Shown: positions 49,295-59,403 of the stretch, piece by piece
Layout: every line of letters starts with the position of its first letter
How positions within the stretch are numbered: position 1 is the first letter of the stretch
NCBI GenBank assembly: GCA_031546725.1
Contig: JAVBJZ010000007.1
Coordinates: 788 to 64,787 of the forward strand
Direction of reading: 5' to 3'
DNA: 64,000 bases
From: Azospirillum sp.
GTDB taxonomy: Bacteria; Pseudomonadota; Alphaproteobacteria; Azospirillales; Azospirillaceae
Notes under the pieces: model-generated
Told to the model about the DNA's origin: nothing
Database searches by the model: none
The model's input: only the letters and a program-made list of their open reading frames with translations
Translations under genes and position numbers: made by a program

Positions 49295-49546
49295 ATGACC
49301 GTGACGAGAAAGACAATATTGGTTTTGGCAGCCGTACTGGCTGTAGGGGTGATGGCTGATGGAGCTCGGGCTGCTGCGGATGCGCAGCCGGCGCAGGCCA
49401 TCAAAGCAACGACCGCGAACCCCACCAAGGTCGTGGACAATCCCGTCGCGACGCACACCCCCTGGTACACGCCAGCGGGCCGGCGCGGGATGCCCGCACC
49501 CTATGATCTGAAGAACCGGGTCACCGGGTTGCCCCCGCAAAAATAA
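49295..49546 (+). CDS. small secreted protein of unknown function
   Basis: Sec-type signal (RKTILVLAAVLAVGVMADGARA), AGGAG RBS at 49279-83, first gene after the sigma54 promoter. Confidence 0.7.
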   Translation: MTVTRKTILVLAAVLAVGVMADGARAAADAQPAQAIKATTANPTKVVDNPVATHTPWYTPAGRRGMPAPYDLKNRVTGLPPQK

Positions 49547-49667
49547 GTTCTGGCCTCTGATCCCTCGGGAAACACTGGCCATTTCTGCGGTTCCAACCGC
49601 CCATCAACAACAGATCTCGTGCTCCATCGAGACACCAATCCTACGACTGTCAAAAGAAAGATTTATC

Positions 49668-49967
<300 letters not shown>

Positions 49968-49979
49968 TTCTTCCTATTG

Positions 49980-50010
49980 GGGCGGCCTCAATCGAGGCCG
50001 CCCTTTGTTT
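49980..50010 (+). terminator. Rho-independent terminator between the Met-rich peptide and the cytochrome gene
   Basis: GGGCGGCCTC-AATC-GAGGCCGCCC followed by TTTGTTT. Confidence 0.8.
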
Positions 50011-50033
50011 CACTCCGTAACAACGGGTGTGCG

Positions 50034-50867
50034 ATGAACGTCGGGAGACTGCTCTCCGCCGCGATGGGGCTGTTGCTGTGTGGTGCAGCGATACCGGCCA
50101 CCGCCGCTGACTATCAGCGTGAAGTTTGGTCGCCTCTGCACTTGGCGCCAAACACCGCGAAAGCTACAAATGCTGAATGTCTTGCTTGCCACAGCGAGAT
50201 TCTACAAGACAAGATCCGCGAAGTCTCGCCAGCTGGCAAGAAAACATCGGATATAGGCCCGACGTGGTACCAGACTCTGGACACGTACAAGGGGACGCAG
50301 GAAACTTTCCATGCCCGGCATTTGACGACTGCTTATGCCAAGAAGGTTATGGACCTGAAGTGTTCGACCTGCCACACCGGCCATGACCCACGCGAAGAGT
50401 CCATGGCGCGCCCGCGGGTTGAAAAACAGGATGGCAAATGGACCGCCATTCCCGTTGAGACGACATTCCGCTTGCGCAAGCAGGTCAACCCCGAGACCAC
50501 ATGCCTCATGTGCCACGGGAAATTCCCGTTCGAGAACATGAGCCTGCCGGACGAGTGGTCGAAGATTCGGACCGACATGGAAAATGAGGACGCCAAGAAT
50601 GGCTGTCTGACCTGCCATGCCGAGCAAACCCGCACGAACCGTCACCAGGTCACTTATCTGAAGGCCGCGAACATCGAGAAGCTGGCAAAGGATGATTCCG
50701 ACGTTTGCTATGGCTGCCACGGCGGCCGTGCTTGGTATCGGCTGTCCTTCCCGTATCCGCGTCACGATTGGCCGGATATGCCCGCTGACGTTCCCGACTG
50801 GGCTACGGACCGGCCCAAGCAATCCGAAGCTCGATTCCGGCTGGATGCAGGGACCGCCAAGCACTGA
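50034..50867 (+). CDS. periplasmic pentaheme cytochrome c
   Basis: Signal peptide (ATA-AD); five CxxCH motifs: CLACH, CSTCH, CLMCH, CLTCH, CYGCH; no TM anchor. Confidence 0.9.
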   Translation: MNVGRLLSAAMGLLLCGAAIPATAADYQREVWSPLHLAPNTAKATNAECLACHSEILQDKIREVSPAGKKTSDIGPTWYQTLDTYKGTQETFHARHLTTAYAKKVMDLKCSTCHTGHDPREESMARPRVEKQDGKWTAIPVETTFRLRKQVNPETTCLMCHGKFPFENMSLPDEWSKIRTDMENEDAKNGCLTCHAEQTRTNRHQVTYLKAANIEKLAKDDSDVCYGCHGGRAWYRLSFPYPRHDWPDMPADVPDWATDRPKQSEARFRLDAGTAKH

Positions 50868-50885
50868 CGCCAGAGGAAACTCATT

Positions 50886-53429
50886 ATGATTAAAATCGAT
50901 CGGAAGGACCTTCTGGCGCGTGCTCTTGAATTGTCGCGTCGCGACTTGTTCAAGGTAAGCGCCGGAGCCGGCGCCGCCGCCGCCACGGGGTTGACGCCGT
51001 TGCGGCCCGCTCATGGTTTTGCTTACGAGCCCTACCCCAAGGACGATGAGCTCACCACGGTGGTGACGTCGTGCGCGCATAATTGCGGTTCGCGCCATAT
51101 GCTGGTGGCGCACAAGAAGGGGGATGTCATCGTCCGTTTGTCCACGGATGATGGCCGCGCTCAGGGTGACGCCTACGGGACCGACACGGCGGAAACGCCT
51201 CAGTTGCGGGCATGTCTGCGTGGACGGTCGTATCGTTCGCGTCTCTACAGCCCCGAGCGGTTGCTCTACCCCATGGTGCGGACGGGTGAGCGCGGCGAGG
51301 GTAAGTTCAAGCGGGTCTCCTGGGATCTGGCGCTGGACCTGATTGCCGAAAAGATGGTCCGGCTGAAGGAAAAATACGGCCCGACGGCGATTCTCGATCA
51401 ATCCTACGCCGGCGCGTCCTACGGCGTTCTGCACAAGTCGGATCAGATCGAAGGGCTGCTGGCCCGCTTCCTTGGTATCTTCGGCTGCCGCACCAGCTCC
51501 TGGTCGGTGCCCAGCTACCAGGGAACCACCTTCAGCTCCCGCATCACCTACGGCACCATCGAGGACGGCAACGAAGACGACGCCTTCGCCCACTCGAAGC
51601 TGATCATCATGTGGGGATGGAACCCGGCCTATACGTTCCACGGCGGCAACACCCACTGGTACATGCGCACAGCCAAACAGAATGGCTGCAAGTTCGTCGT
51701 CGTCGATCCCCAGTACACGGATGCGGCTGCGGCTTATGACGCCTGGTGGATCCCCATCAAGCCGAATACCGACGCGGCCATGATGGCCGGGATGGCGTAT
51801 TATATTTTTGTCAATGAACTGCAGGATCAGCAGTTCATCGCCCGCTTCTGCCAGGGCGTCGATCCCAGCACCATGCCGGGCTGGGCTCAGGGTAAGGAAA
51901 GCTTCAAGGAATACATCCTCGGCATGTCCGATGGTGTGCCCAAGACCCCGCAATGGGCCGCGGCCATTTGCGGTGTTCCGGCGGAAACCATCGCCAAGCT
52001 GGCGCATATGTACGCCGCGACCAAGCCGGCGGCTCTCAAGGCGTCGTGGGCTCCGGGCCGTAACGCCTATGGCGAGCAGTACAACCGTATGGCGGCCGCC
52101 CTGCAGGCGATCACCGGCAACATCGGTAAGCTCGGCGGTTGCGCTGAAGGCGTGGGCAAGGGCTGGCATTCCGAAGGCGTGGCCTACCCCTACGACGAGT
52201 ATTCGAACGTCTGGTATGCCGCGATCAAGTCTGACCGCTGGGCCCATTGCGTCCTCAACTACCCCAATGTCAAGCGTGAAGAGATTGGCTGTTGGGAGCG
52301 GAGCGATGCGCTGGACGGGAAGATTCCAGACATCCGGGGCATCTGGTGGCATGGTTCCAACTGGTTCAACCAGCTGACCAACATCAACAAAGAAATCGAA
52401 GCCATCAAGAAGCTGGATTTCGTGGTGTGCAATGACGCCACACTCACCAGCTCGGCGCTCTTTGCTGATTTCGTGCTGCCGGCCTGCACCCACTTTGAAC
52501 GGCACGATGTGGCGTTGCCCTGGTACAAGGGGCACTACTACATCCATCGTCCCAAAGTCATCGAGCCCTTGGGCGAAAGCCGCACCGACTTCCAGATCTT
52601 CACCGAACTGGCCTACCGTCTTGGCTATGGCGAGAAGTATAACCCACGCTCCAAGCGGGATTACTTCTATGACAACGAAGCCACGGACGAAGCCTATCTG
52701 AAGACGTGGTGGGAAGAAAAGGTGATGCACCATCAAGGCGTCACCGTGGGTTGGGAAGAGTTCAAGAGCAAGGGCGTCCACAAGTTCAAGTTCGACAAAC
52801 CGCATGTGGCTTTTCGTGCTCAGATCGAAGACGGCGTGCCGTTCCAGACCGCGTCTGGTAAGATTGAAATCCTATCGACCAGCCTGGCCAACATCACGGA
52901 TTGGACCAAGACCCGGTATGGTTATCCCATCCCGGCCATTCCCAAATGGATCGAACCGTGGGAATCCTTGAACCATCCCAAGGCCAAGGACTTCCCCTTC
53001 CATCTCGTCAGCCCGCACCCGCGTTGGCGGACCCACTCGATCTTCAACAACATTCCGTGGCTGCGGGAGACTTTTGAACAGGAAGTCACCATCAACGCAT
53101 CCGACGCCGCCAAGCTGGGGATCAACACCGGCGATACGGTGGAGTTGTGGAACGATCGCGGCAAAACCGTGGTCCCCGTCTATGTCACCGAGCGGTGCAT
53201 GCCCGGCGTTCTGGTCCTGCACGAAGGTGCGTGGCTGGACATGGTTGACGGCGTTGATCGAGCCGGCAACCCGGATGTCCTGACCAAGGATGATCCCAGT
53301 CCGGCAGGGGCTTTCGCCTACAACACCGTTCTGTGCAACATCCGCAAGACCGACCTGGACCACCATCCCGGCTGGGACAAGACCGTAACCGCCCGCGCCG
53401 CCAAATGGCGGCGCGACACCAGAGCTTGA
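50886..53429 (+). CDS. DmsA-clade molybdopterin oxidoreductase catalytic subunit (Tat-exported)
   Basis: Tat motif SRRDLFK; C63-x3-C67-x3-H71...RAC110LRGRS; Ser210 aligns with the E. coli DmsA Mo-ligand Ser; PIKPNTDAAM, ADFVLP, RTHS motifs. Confidence 0.93.
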   Translation: MIKIDRKDLLARALELSRRDLFKVSAGAGAAAATGLTPLRPAHGFAYEPYPKDDELTTVVTSCAHNCGSRHMLVAHKKGDVIVRLSTDDGRAQGDAYGTDTAETPQLRACLRGRSYRSRLYSPERLLYPMVRTGERGEGKFKRVSWDLALDLIAEKMVRLKEKYGPTAILDQSYAGASYGVLHKSDQIEGLLARFLGIFGCRTSSWSVPSYQGTTFSSRITYGTIEDGNEDDAFAHSKLIIMWGWNPAYTFHGGNTHWYMRTAKQNGCKFVVVDPQYTDAAAAYDAWWIPIKPNTDAAMMAGMAYYIFVNELQDQQFIARFCQGVDPSTMPGWAQGKESFKEYILGMSDGVPKTPQWAAAICGVPAETIAKLAHMYAATKPAALKASWAPGRNAYGEQYNRMAAALQAITGNIGKLGGCAEGVGKGWHSEGVAYPYDEYSNVWYAAIKSDRWAHCVLNYPNVKREEIGCWERSDALDGKIPDIRGIWWHGSNWFNQLTNINKEIEAIKKLDFVVCNDATLTSSALFADFVLPACTHFERHDVALPWYKGHYYIHRPKVIEPLGESRTDFQIFTELAYRLGYGEKYNPRSKRDYFYDNEATDEAYLKTWWEEKVMHHQGVTVGWEEFKSKGVHKFKFDKPHVAFRAQIEDGVPFQTASGKIEILSTSLANITDWTKTRYGYPIPAIPKWIEPWESLNHPKAKDFPFHLVSPHPRWRTHSIFNNIPWLRETFEQEVTINASDAAKLGINTGDTVELWNDRGKTVVPVYVTERCMPGVLVLHEGAWLDMVDGVDRAGNPDVLTKDDPSPAGAFAYNTVLCNIRKTDLDHHPGWDKTVTARAAKWRRDTRA

Positions 53430-53446
53430 TGTGAGGGGTGGCGAGA

Positions 53447-54121
53447 ATGACGACCCAGCCCAAATCGAAGATGGAACTTCGGCAAGCGGCTCAAAAAGCT
53501 GTCGAAGACCGTAAGACCTACACGCCCGTGGTGCCCAAAGAGCAGTTCGGTTTCATCCACAACAATGTGGAATGCATCGGCTGCCGGGCCTGCGAGATTG
53601 CGTGCAAGGATAAGAACGGCCTGCCACCCGGTCCGCGGTTCCGCCGCGTGCTGTATGTGGAAGGCGGGACTTTCCCTGAGGTCTATGCCTACAAGGTCAA
53701 TCTGTCTTGCAACCATTGCGCCGAACCGGCGTGCTTGCCGACCTGCCCCACCGGGGCGATCACCAAGCGGGCCGACAATGGCGTGGTGGACATCGACTCC
53801 ACCTTGTGTATCGGGTGTCGCCGGTGTGAGGCGGCCTGTCCTTATGGGGCCCCGCAGTGGGATCCTGAGGCGCAGGTCATTAAAAAGTGCAACATGTGCA
53901 TCGATGAACTCGATGCTGGCCGCAAACCCTATTGCGTTATGGCCTGCATGATGCGCGTGTTGGACATTGGTCCTATCGACCAGCTGCGGGAGGGAACATA
54001 CCCAACCAAGGCCATGGGGCCGAATGACAAGCCGGTTCGTCGTGTCAAGGACATGTCGAATCCGGAACTGACCAACGCCTCGATTGTGTTCATCGCCCAT
54101 CCGAAAGCCCGAGTAGACTAA
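53447..54121 (+). CDS. DmsB-like 4x[4Fe-4S] electron transfer subunit
   Basis: CIGCRACEIAC, CNHCAEPACLPTCP, CIGCRRCEAACP, CNMC...CVMAC. Confidence 0.94.
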   Translation: MTTQPKSKMELRQAAQKAVEDRKTYTPVVPKEQFGFIHNNVECIGCRACEIACKDKNGLPPGPRFRRVLYVEGGTFPEVYAYKVNLSCNHCAEPACLPTCPTGAITKRADNGVVDIDSTLCIGCRRCEAACPYGAPQWDPEAQVIKKCNMCIDELDAGRKPYCVMACMMRVLDIGPIDQLREGTYPTKAMGPNDKPVRRVKDMSNPELTNASIVFIAHPKARVD

Positions 54122-54837
54122 TGGTTGAAGCCGCCGAGTTAGAGGTTAGCCTGCGTCATGCCATCGCTGCCGATTTGGAAATGTTGGCGGCCATACATGA
54201 TCGCGAGCCAGACGCCGAGATGGTGGGGGTGTTGCAAAGCAGCAAATTCCCACTCTGCTTGACCCTTCCCCTCGATGATCCCGAGGCGGTGGTGGCCGGG
54301 CAAGTCATGGCGGCGATCCTCGACTCATTCGGTTCCGCATTGTCCGCCGAGGACGCCGACGAATTGGCGGCGTCCTACGCGGATGTTTATCTGCTCAACG
54401 GGTGCGGCTGTTCTCCCTATGCCTCACCGTGGCTGGATAAAGACGGGCTGGTGCGCCAGGAACCCATGCTTGACGTGCGGGCCTGGTTTGCCCGTCATCA
54501 CTTGCGCGTGCCCGACTCAGCGCTGCGTGCTGATGATCATTTGTCCATGCTTTTGCTTTTCCTGGCTCATCTGATCCGCTCGGGGGACGAGAAAGCGGGG
54601 GACGAGAAAACGGGAGAGGTGGAAGCCGCCGAATTCCTCAGCCGCTATGTGACGAATTGGCTTCCCTCTTTCGCCAAAGCGCTGGTCAGTCGGCATGGCC
54701 CTCCCTTCTATGCGGCTTTGGCGGTCCTGACCTCGGCCTATACCGAGGCGTTGGCCGCCCTGCTCCCTGAAGTGGAGGTTCCCGTGGCGGCTCCGCCGGA
54801 GCCGGTCTGCGCGCCTCGTGATCATGTGCATTTTTAA
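54121..54837 (+). CDS. TorD/DmsD family molybdoenzyme chaperone
   Basis: SPYASPWL, DDHLSMLLLFLAHL, FL..Y...WLPSF, FYAALA.LT. Confidence 0.9.
   Translation: MVEAAELEVSLRHAIAADLEMLAAIHDREPDAEMVGVLQSSKFPLCLTLPLDDPEAVVAGQVMAAILDSFGSALSAEDADELAASYADVYLLNGCGCSPYASPWLDKDGLVRQEPMLDVRAWFARHHLRVPDSALRADDHLSMLLLFLAHLIRSGDEKAGDEKTGEVEAAEFLSRYVTNWLPSFAKALVSRHGPPFYAALAVLTSAYTEALAALLPEVEVPVAAPPEPVCAPRDHVHF
54583..54612. repeat. 15-bp in-frame duplication in the chaperone gene (GDEKA/GDEKT)
   Basis: GGGGACGAGAAAGCG / GGGGACGAGAAAACG. Confidence 0.8.
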
Positions 54838-54920
54838 AGGCCAGACGTAAATTCTGAAGACTGAGCATAGACAGGCCAACACCAAGTACTATCCATCCTA
54901 TTCATCGTGAATCTATTTGT

Positions 54921-54969
54921 TTACAGCGGATTTCAGTTCAGCTTGAACCGAAATCCGCTGTAATTTTTT
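54921..54969 (+). terminator. long-stem Rho-independent terminator ending the oxidoreductase operon
   Basis: TTACAGCGGATTTC...GAAATCCGCTGTAA perfect 14-bp stem plus inner GTTCA/TGAAC, followed by TTTTTT. Confidence 0.85.
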
Positions 54970-55111
54970 GCCCGCCCTTCAAGATGAAGGCTTTTTTACT
55001 TAATGCACAGGATGCAAGCATATAAGGCTTGAATCCATCCGGCTCGATCGCGGTAGACTCGAAAACTCCGGCAGATCTTTCCCGGCTGATTTTTCAAGGT
55101 GGTGTCACGTT

Positions 55112-57007
55112 ATGGGATCGTGGGTAACCGCAAGGTTGGGGCGGGTTTTTGGCTTTGCTCTCGGGCTTGTGTTGTTGTCGGCGCTGCTGGTGTTTCTGGC
55201 GCTGTTCATCGGGGCCTATCAGTGGCAGATCGGGCATGAGCGCACCCGGCTGTCGGAACAGACGGCGCTGTTGTTGCAGGCGGCGCTGGAGAACGCCATG
55301 CTGAAGCGTGACCTGCCCGGTCTGCAAACGATCGTCGATCGCTTGGGACAGCAGGAAGGGGTTCGGCAGGTTCTCATCGTCAATCCCAGCGGAGAGGTGC
55401 GGTTCGCCTCCAACCGCCAGATGCTCAATCATCATTTCCTGACCGACAATGATTCCGGGTGCCGGGAATGCCATCAACAGAACACGGCGCGTGGCCGGAC
55501 ACTGTTTATGGTGGATAAAAACGGGCAAGAGGTTTTGCGCGGCGTCGATCCCGTCCGCAATCGGGAGCCGTGCCAACAATGCCACGGCCCGTTGAGCGAA
55601 CACCCGATCAACGGCGTTTTGATCATCGATTATGACGCCGCGGCCATTCGGACGACGGCGCTGCATGGCGCGCTGGCCTTTTTAGGGGCGGGGGCCATGG
55701 TGGTTCTGCTGGTGACCACGACGCTGTGGTGGCTGTTGCGCCGCCGGGTTCTTGACCGGCTGGAGGTGTTGGGGGCGGCCAACCGCGCCGTCGAAAGGGG
55801 CGTGCTGGACGTTCGGGTTCCCGAGGACGGCAGGGATGAAATCGCTGATCTCGCCCGCGGCTTCAATGAGATGACCGAGACGTTGCGCGCCCGCATGCGC
55901 GACATCCGTGACCGTGAAGCCTTCCTCCAGGCGATGATCGACGCCGTGCCCGATGGATTGCGTGTCATCGCCGCCAACAGCATGATCGTGACGGCGAACC
56001 GCACCTACCGTCGTCAATTGGGTCTGGATGACAGCCAGCCGTTGGCGGGCCAGACCTGCTACAACTCCAGCCACGGCGCTTCCGAGCCCTGTCCTCCCAC
56101 CCTGATCGCCTGCCCGCTGAATATTCTGGCTCGTGAAAAAGAGCCGCTGAAGACCGTGCATCAGCATATCCGCCGGGATGGCTCCACCGTCCATATGGAA
56201 GTCTACGCCGCCCCCATGATGCTGGAACAACAGGGGCGGGAGAGCTTTTATGTGGTCGAATCCATCCGTGATCTTAGCGAGGATATACGTTTTTCCCACG
56301 GGCAGAAGCTGTCTTCCGTCGGGCAGTTGGCGGCGGGGGTCGCCCATGAGATCCGCAACCCGCTCGCATCGATCCGCCTGGCTTTGGAAGGGCTGCTCCG
56401 CGATATCGAAGCCGGCGGGACCAGCGCTGAGGTTTTGACCTATTTACGGCTGGTGGATGGCCAGATCGACAAATGCATCGATGTCAGCAACCGCTTGCTA
56501 AAGCTTTCCGCCGTCGGGGGAGAGCAAAAGACCCTTGTGGATATTGGGCAAGCGGTTGAGGAAACCCTCTCCTTGGTTCACTGGCATGCCGAAACCTTGG
56601 GCATTGAGATTATCTTCACCCCCGATCCCAGTTCTCCCCGGATTTTGGCGGTGGATGGCGATGTGCGGATGGTGGCGTTGAATCTGATCCAGAATTCCTT
56701 TCATTCCATGCCCACGGGCGGTCGCCTGCTGGTCGATGTCCGTTCCGACGCCAAGCAGGTGGCGCTGATTGTCACGGACACCGGGGTGGGCATAAAACCC
56801 GAGTATCGCCGCCACATTTTTGAGCCATTCTTCAGTCATCGCGCCGACACCGAACAAGGAACGGGTTTGGGCCTGGCTATTTGCAAGAGCATCGTTGAAG
56901 GATTGTCCGGCTCCATTCACGTGGAAAGCCAACCGGGACAAGGCGCTTGCTTCACCGTCCTGTTTCCATCAGCGGAAGCAGCCATGGCTGCGGAGAATCG
57001 GGTATGA
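55112..57007 (+). CDS. sensor histidine kinase with periplasmic di-heme c motifs, HAMP and Cys-containing PAS
   Basis: TM1-periplasm (CRECH, CQQCH)-TM2-HAMP-PAS; H-box AHEIRNPL; N, G1 (DTGVGI), F and G2 (GTGLGL) boxes. Confidence 0.93.
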   Translation: MGSWVTARLGRVFGFALGLVLLSALLVFLALFIGAYQWQIGHERTRLSEQTALLLQAALENAMLKRDLPGLQTIVDRLGQQEGVRQVLIVNPSGEVRFASNRQMLNHHFLTDNDSGCRECHQQNTARGRTLFMVDKNGQEVLRGVDPVRNREPCQQCHGPLSEHPINGVLIIDYDAAAIRTTALHGALAFLGAGAMVVLLVTTTLWWLLRRRVLDRLEVLGAANRAVERGVLDVRVPEDGRDEIADLARGFNEMTETLRARMRDIRDREAFLQAMIDAVPDGLRVIAANSMIVTANRTYRRQLGLDDSQPLAGQTCYNSSHGASEPCPPTLIACPLNILAREKEPLKTVHQHIRRDGSTVHMEVYAAPMMLEQQGRESFYVVESIRDLSEDIRFSHGQKLSSVGQLAAGVAHEIRNPLASIRLALEGLLRDIEAGGTSAEVLTYLRLVDGQIDKCIDVSNRLLKLSAVGGEQKTLVDIGQAVEETLSLVHWHAETLGIEIIFTPDPSSPRILAVDGDVRMVALNLIQNSFHSMPTGGRLLVDVRSDAKQVALIVTDTGVGIKPEYRRHIFEPFFSHRADTEQGTGLGLAICKSIVEGLSGSIHVESQPGQGACFTVLFPSAEAAMAAENRV

Positions 57008-58350
57008 CACGGCGTATCCTGGTTATTGAAGATGACGCCATCCTCAATACTTTGCTGTGCAACCATCTGACCCGCGTCGGCTATGACGCCAGCGCGGCGC
57101 GGCGCTGGAGCGAAGCCGAGGCTTGGCTTGCCGCCGAATCCGCCGACCTCATCATCCTGGATGTCAATCTTCCCGACGCCGACGGCCTGGAAATGCTGCC
57201 GCATCTGGCGCCGCATCAACCGGTGATCATTCTCACCGCCTATGGATCGGTGCAGACCGCTGTCCGGGCGGTCAAAGCCGGCGCCGCCGAATATTTGGTC
57301 AAGCCCATCAACATCGATGAGCTGGAAGTCGTGGTCAGCCGCGCCATCGAAATGGCCACCATCAAACGGGAACACAGCTTCATCAAAGACCGGCTGGCGG
57401 TGCGCCCGGATAATTTGATGGTGGGAGCCGGGCGTGGGATCAGCGAGGTCCGCCGGTTGATCGAGGCGGTGGCGCCCTCGGACATGACGGTCTTGATCCA
57501 GGGCGAAAGCGGCGCTGGAAAAGAACTGGTGGCCCAGGCGATCCATGCCCGCTCCAAGCGGGACCGGCATACCTTTGTGGCGGTGGATTGCTGCACCTTG
57601 CAACGGACCTTGTTCGAGTCCGAACTGTTCGGTCACGAAAAAGGGGCGTTTACCGGGGCCGATCGGCAAAAGAAAGGGCTGATCGAGGGGGCCGAGGACG
57701 GGACCCTGTTTCTCGACGAAATCGGCGAAATCGAACCGGCCATCCAAGCCAAACTGTTGCGCGTCCTGGAAACCGGGCGCTACCGACGGCTGGGAGGAAC
57801 CAAGGATCTCAGCGCCAATGTCCGCATTGTCGCCGCGACCAACCGAGACTTAGCGGCGATGAGCCGGGATGGCCAGTTCCGACCGGATTTATTCTACCGC
57901 TTGAACGGCTTCGTCATCCATGTCCCCCCCCTGCGTGAGCGGCGCGAGGATATTTCTCAACTGGCGCAACATTTTGTCCGCAATCATGATTTTTCTCGTC
58001 GAATCAACAAGGAAATTTCTCAGTCAGCGCTTGATGTTCTCAAGAAATACAATTGGCCCGGCAACATCCGGGAATTAAGGAATTTTGTTGAGCGCGCCAT
58101 TATTTTATCAGGGGATGCAGAAATAATAGGTGAGGAATTTTTTTCTTTCCATGGACCTCAAAAATCATCTCAGCCAACAACTGAAGTTATGGATATTTTT
58201 GCCAATGATCCCCCATTGGAAGAGATAGAACGCTATTATATTGCTTATCTTCTGAAGAAATACGGTGGGCATCGGTCCTTGGTTGCGCAAAAACTGGGGA
58301 TCAGCGAGCGGAATATCTATCGGCTGATTCGCCGTTATGAGCTGGACTGA
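57004..58350 (+). CDS. sigma54-dependent (NtrC family) response regulator
   Basis: REC (EDD, ILDVNLP), [31 protein letters not shown], Fis HTH. ATGA-coupled to the kinase. Confidence 0.95.
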   Translation: MTRRILVIEDDAILNTLLCNHLTRVGYDASAARRWSEAEAWLAAESADLIILDVNLPDADGLEMLPHLAPHQPVIILTAYGSVQTAVRAVKAGAAEYLVKPINIDELEVVVSRAIEMATIKREHSFIKDRLAVRPDNLMVGAGRGISEVRRLIEAVAPSDMTVLIQGESGAGKELVAQAIHARSKRDRHTFVAVDCCTLQRTLFESELFGHEKGAFTGADRQKKGLIEGAEDGTLFLDEIGEIEPAIQAKLLRVLETGRYRRLGGTKDLSANVRIVAATNRDLAAMSRDGQFRPDLFYRLNGFVIHVPPLRERREDISQLAQHFVRNHDFSRRINKEISQSALDVLKKYNWPGNIRELRNFVERAIILSGDAEIIGEEFFSFHGPQKSSQPTTEVMDIFANDPPLEEIERYYIAYLLKKYGGHRSLVAQKLGISERNIYRLIRRYELD

Positions 58351-59370
58351 TCAACCCCCGACCACCGCGCCGAGAGTCCTTACGAGTCTTTCCTGCGCCG
58401 CGAAATCCGCGGGCAAGCCAAAACGCAGCCATTCCCGCTGATCCTCGAAAGACCGCACCATCACCCCGGCGGCGCCCAGGGCCTTGACCATCTCCGGCGC
58501 TCGGCTGTGGCTGGCCAGCCGAAACAGCGGCGTGCCACCCAGCACCACCAAGCCAAGCGCAGCCAGGCATCGATCCAGCTCCGCCGCAGCCTCTACCAAC
58601 CGGCAGCGCGTGGCGGCGATCCACGGAGCATCGCGCAACGCCTGCGTGGCCACCGTCAGCACGGGCCCCGGCGCCGCCCAAGGGCCAAAGGCATCCCGCA
58701 GCGTCTCCGCCAGCCTGGGCTCCGTCACCGCGAAGCCAAGCCGCGCGCCGGCCAGACCGAAGAATTTGCCAAAGGAACGCAGCACCACCAACCCTGGCCG
58801 GTCCACCAGACCGGCGACGCTGATCTCGGGCGTCACCTCGGCGAACGCCTCGTCCACGATCAAGACCCCGCCACGTCCGGCGAATTGTTCGGCCAGCGCC
58901 AGGACATCCGTGGGAGCGATGATGCGCCCGTCGGGGTTGTTCGGGTTGACGATCACCCCGATAGCGCCGTCCATATCCTCACGCCGGTCGACCGTTCGTA
59001 CGGTATGACCGGCCAGGGCCCAGGCGCGGGCGTGCTCGGCGTATGTCGGCCCCAGCACCGTCACCCGCCCCGGCTTCCACAGGCGGGGCATCATCTGAAT
59101 CAGCGCCTGCGATCCCGGCGCCACGACGATGTGCGCCGCCGACGGCGCCCCGTATGCGTCGCTGGCGGCGCTTCGCAACGCCAGCGAAGCGCTGCGGTTG
59201 GGCAGGCGCGCCCAGGCGTCCAAGGAAATCGCCGGAAGCGGATAAGGCCAGGGGTTGATGCCGGTGGACAGGTCCACCCATGGCTCGGGCGCCTGTGGAA
59301 ACGCCGCGCGCGCCGCATCCAGGTCACCACCATGCAGGACTCGCTTGGTCCCATCCGCCGTTTCGGCCAT
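58351..59370 (-). CDS. cobD: threonine-phosphate decarboxylase
   Basis: LHGGDL, DLSTGINPWPYP, VNPNNPDG, VDEAF, LRSFGKFFGLAGARLG. Confidence 0.93.
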   Translation of the reverse strand: MAETADGTKRVLHGGDLDAARAAFPQAPEPWVDLSTGINPWPYPLPAISLDAWARLPNRSASLALRSAASDAYGAPSAAHIVVAPGSQALIQMMPRLWKPGRVTVLGPTYAEHARAWALAGHTVRTVDRREDMDGAIGVIVNPNNPDGRIIAPTDVLALAEQFAGRGGVLIVDEAFAEVTPEISVAGLVDRPGLVVLRSFGKFFGLAGARLGFAVTEPRLAETLRDAFGPWAAPGPVLTVATQALRDAPWIAATRCRLVEAAAELDRCLAALGLVVLGGTPLFRLASHSRAPEMVKALGAAGVMVRSFEDQREWLRFGLPADFAAQERLVRTLGAVVGG

Positions 59371-59403
59371 GATCACGCCTTCTTTCGTTATTGGCTTTCG
59401 CTA

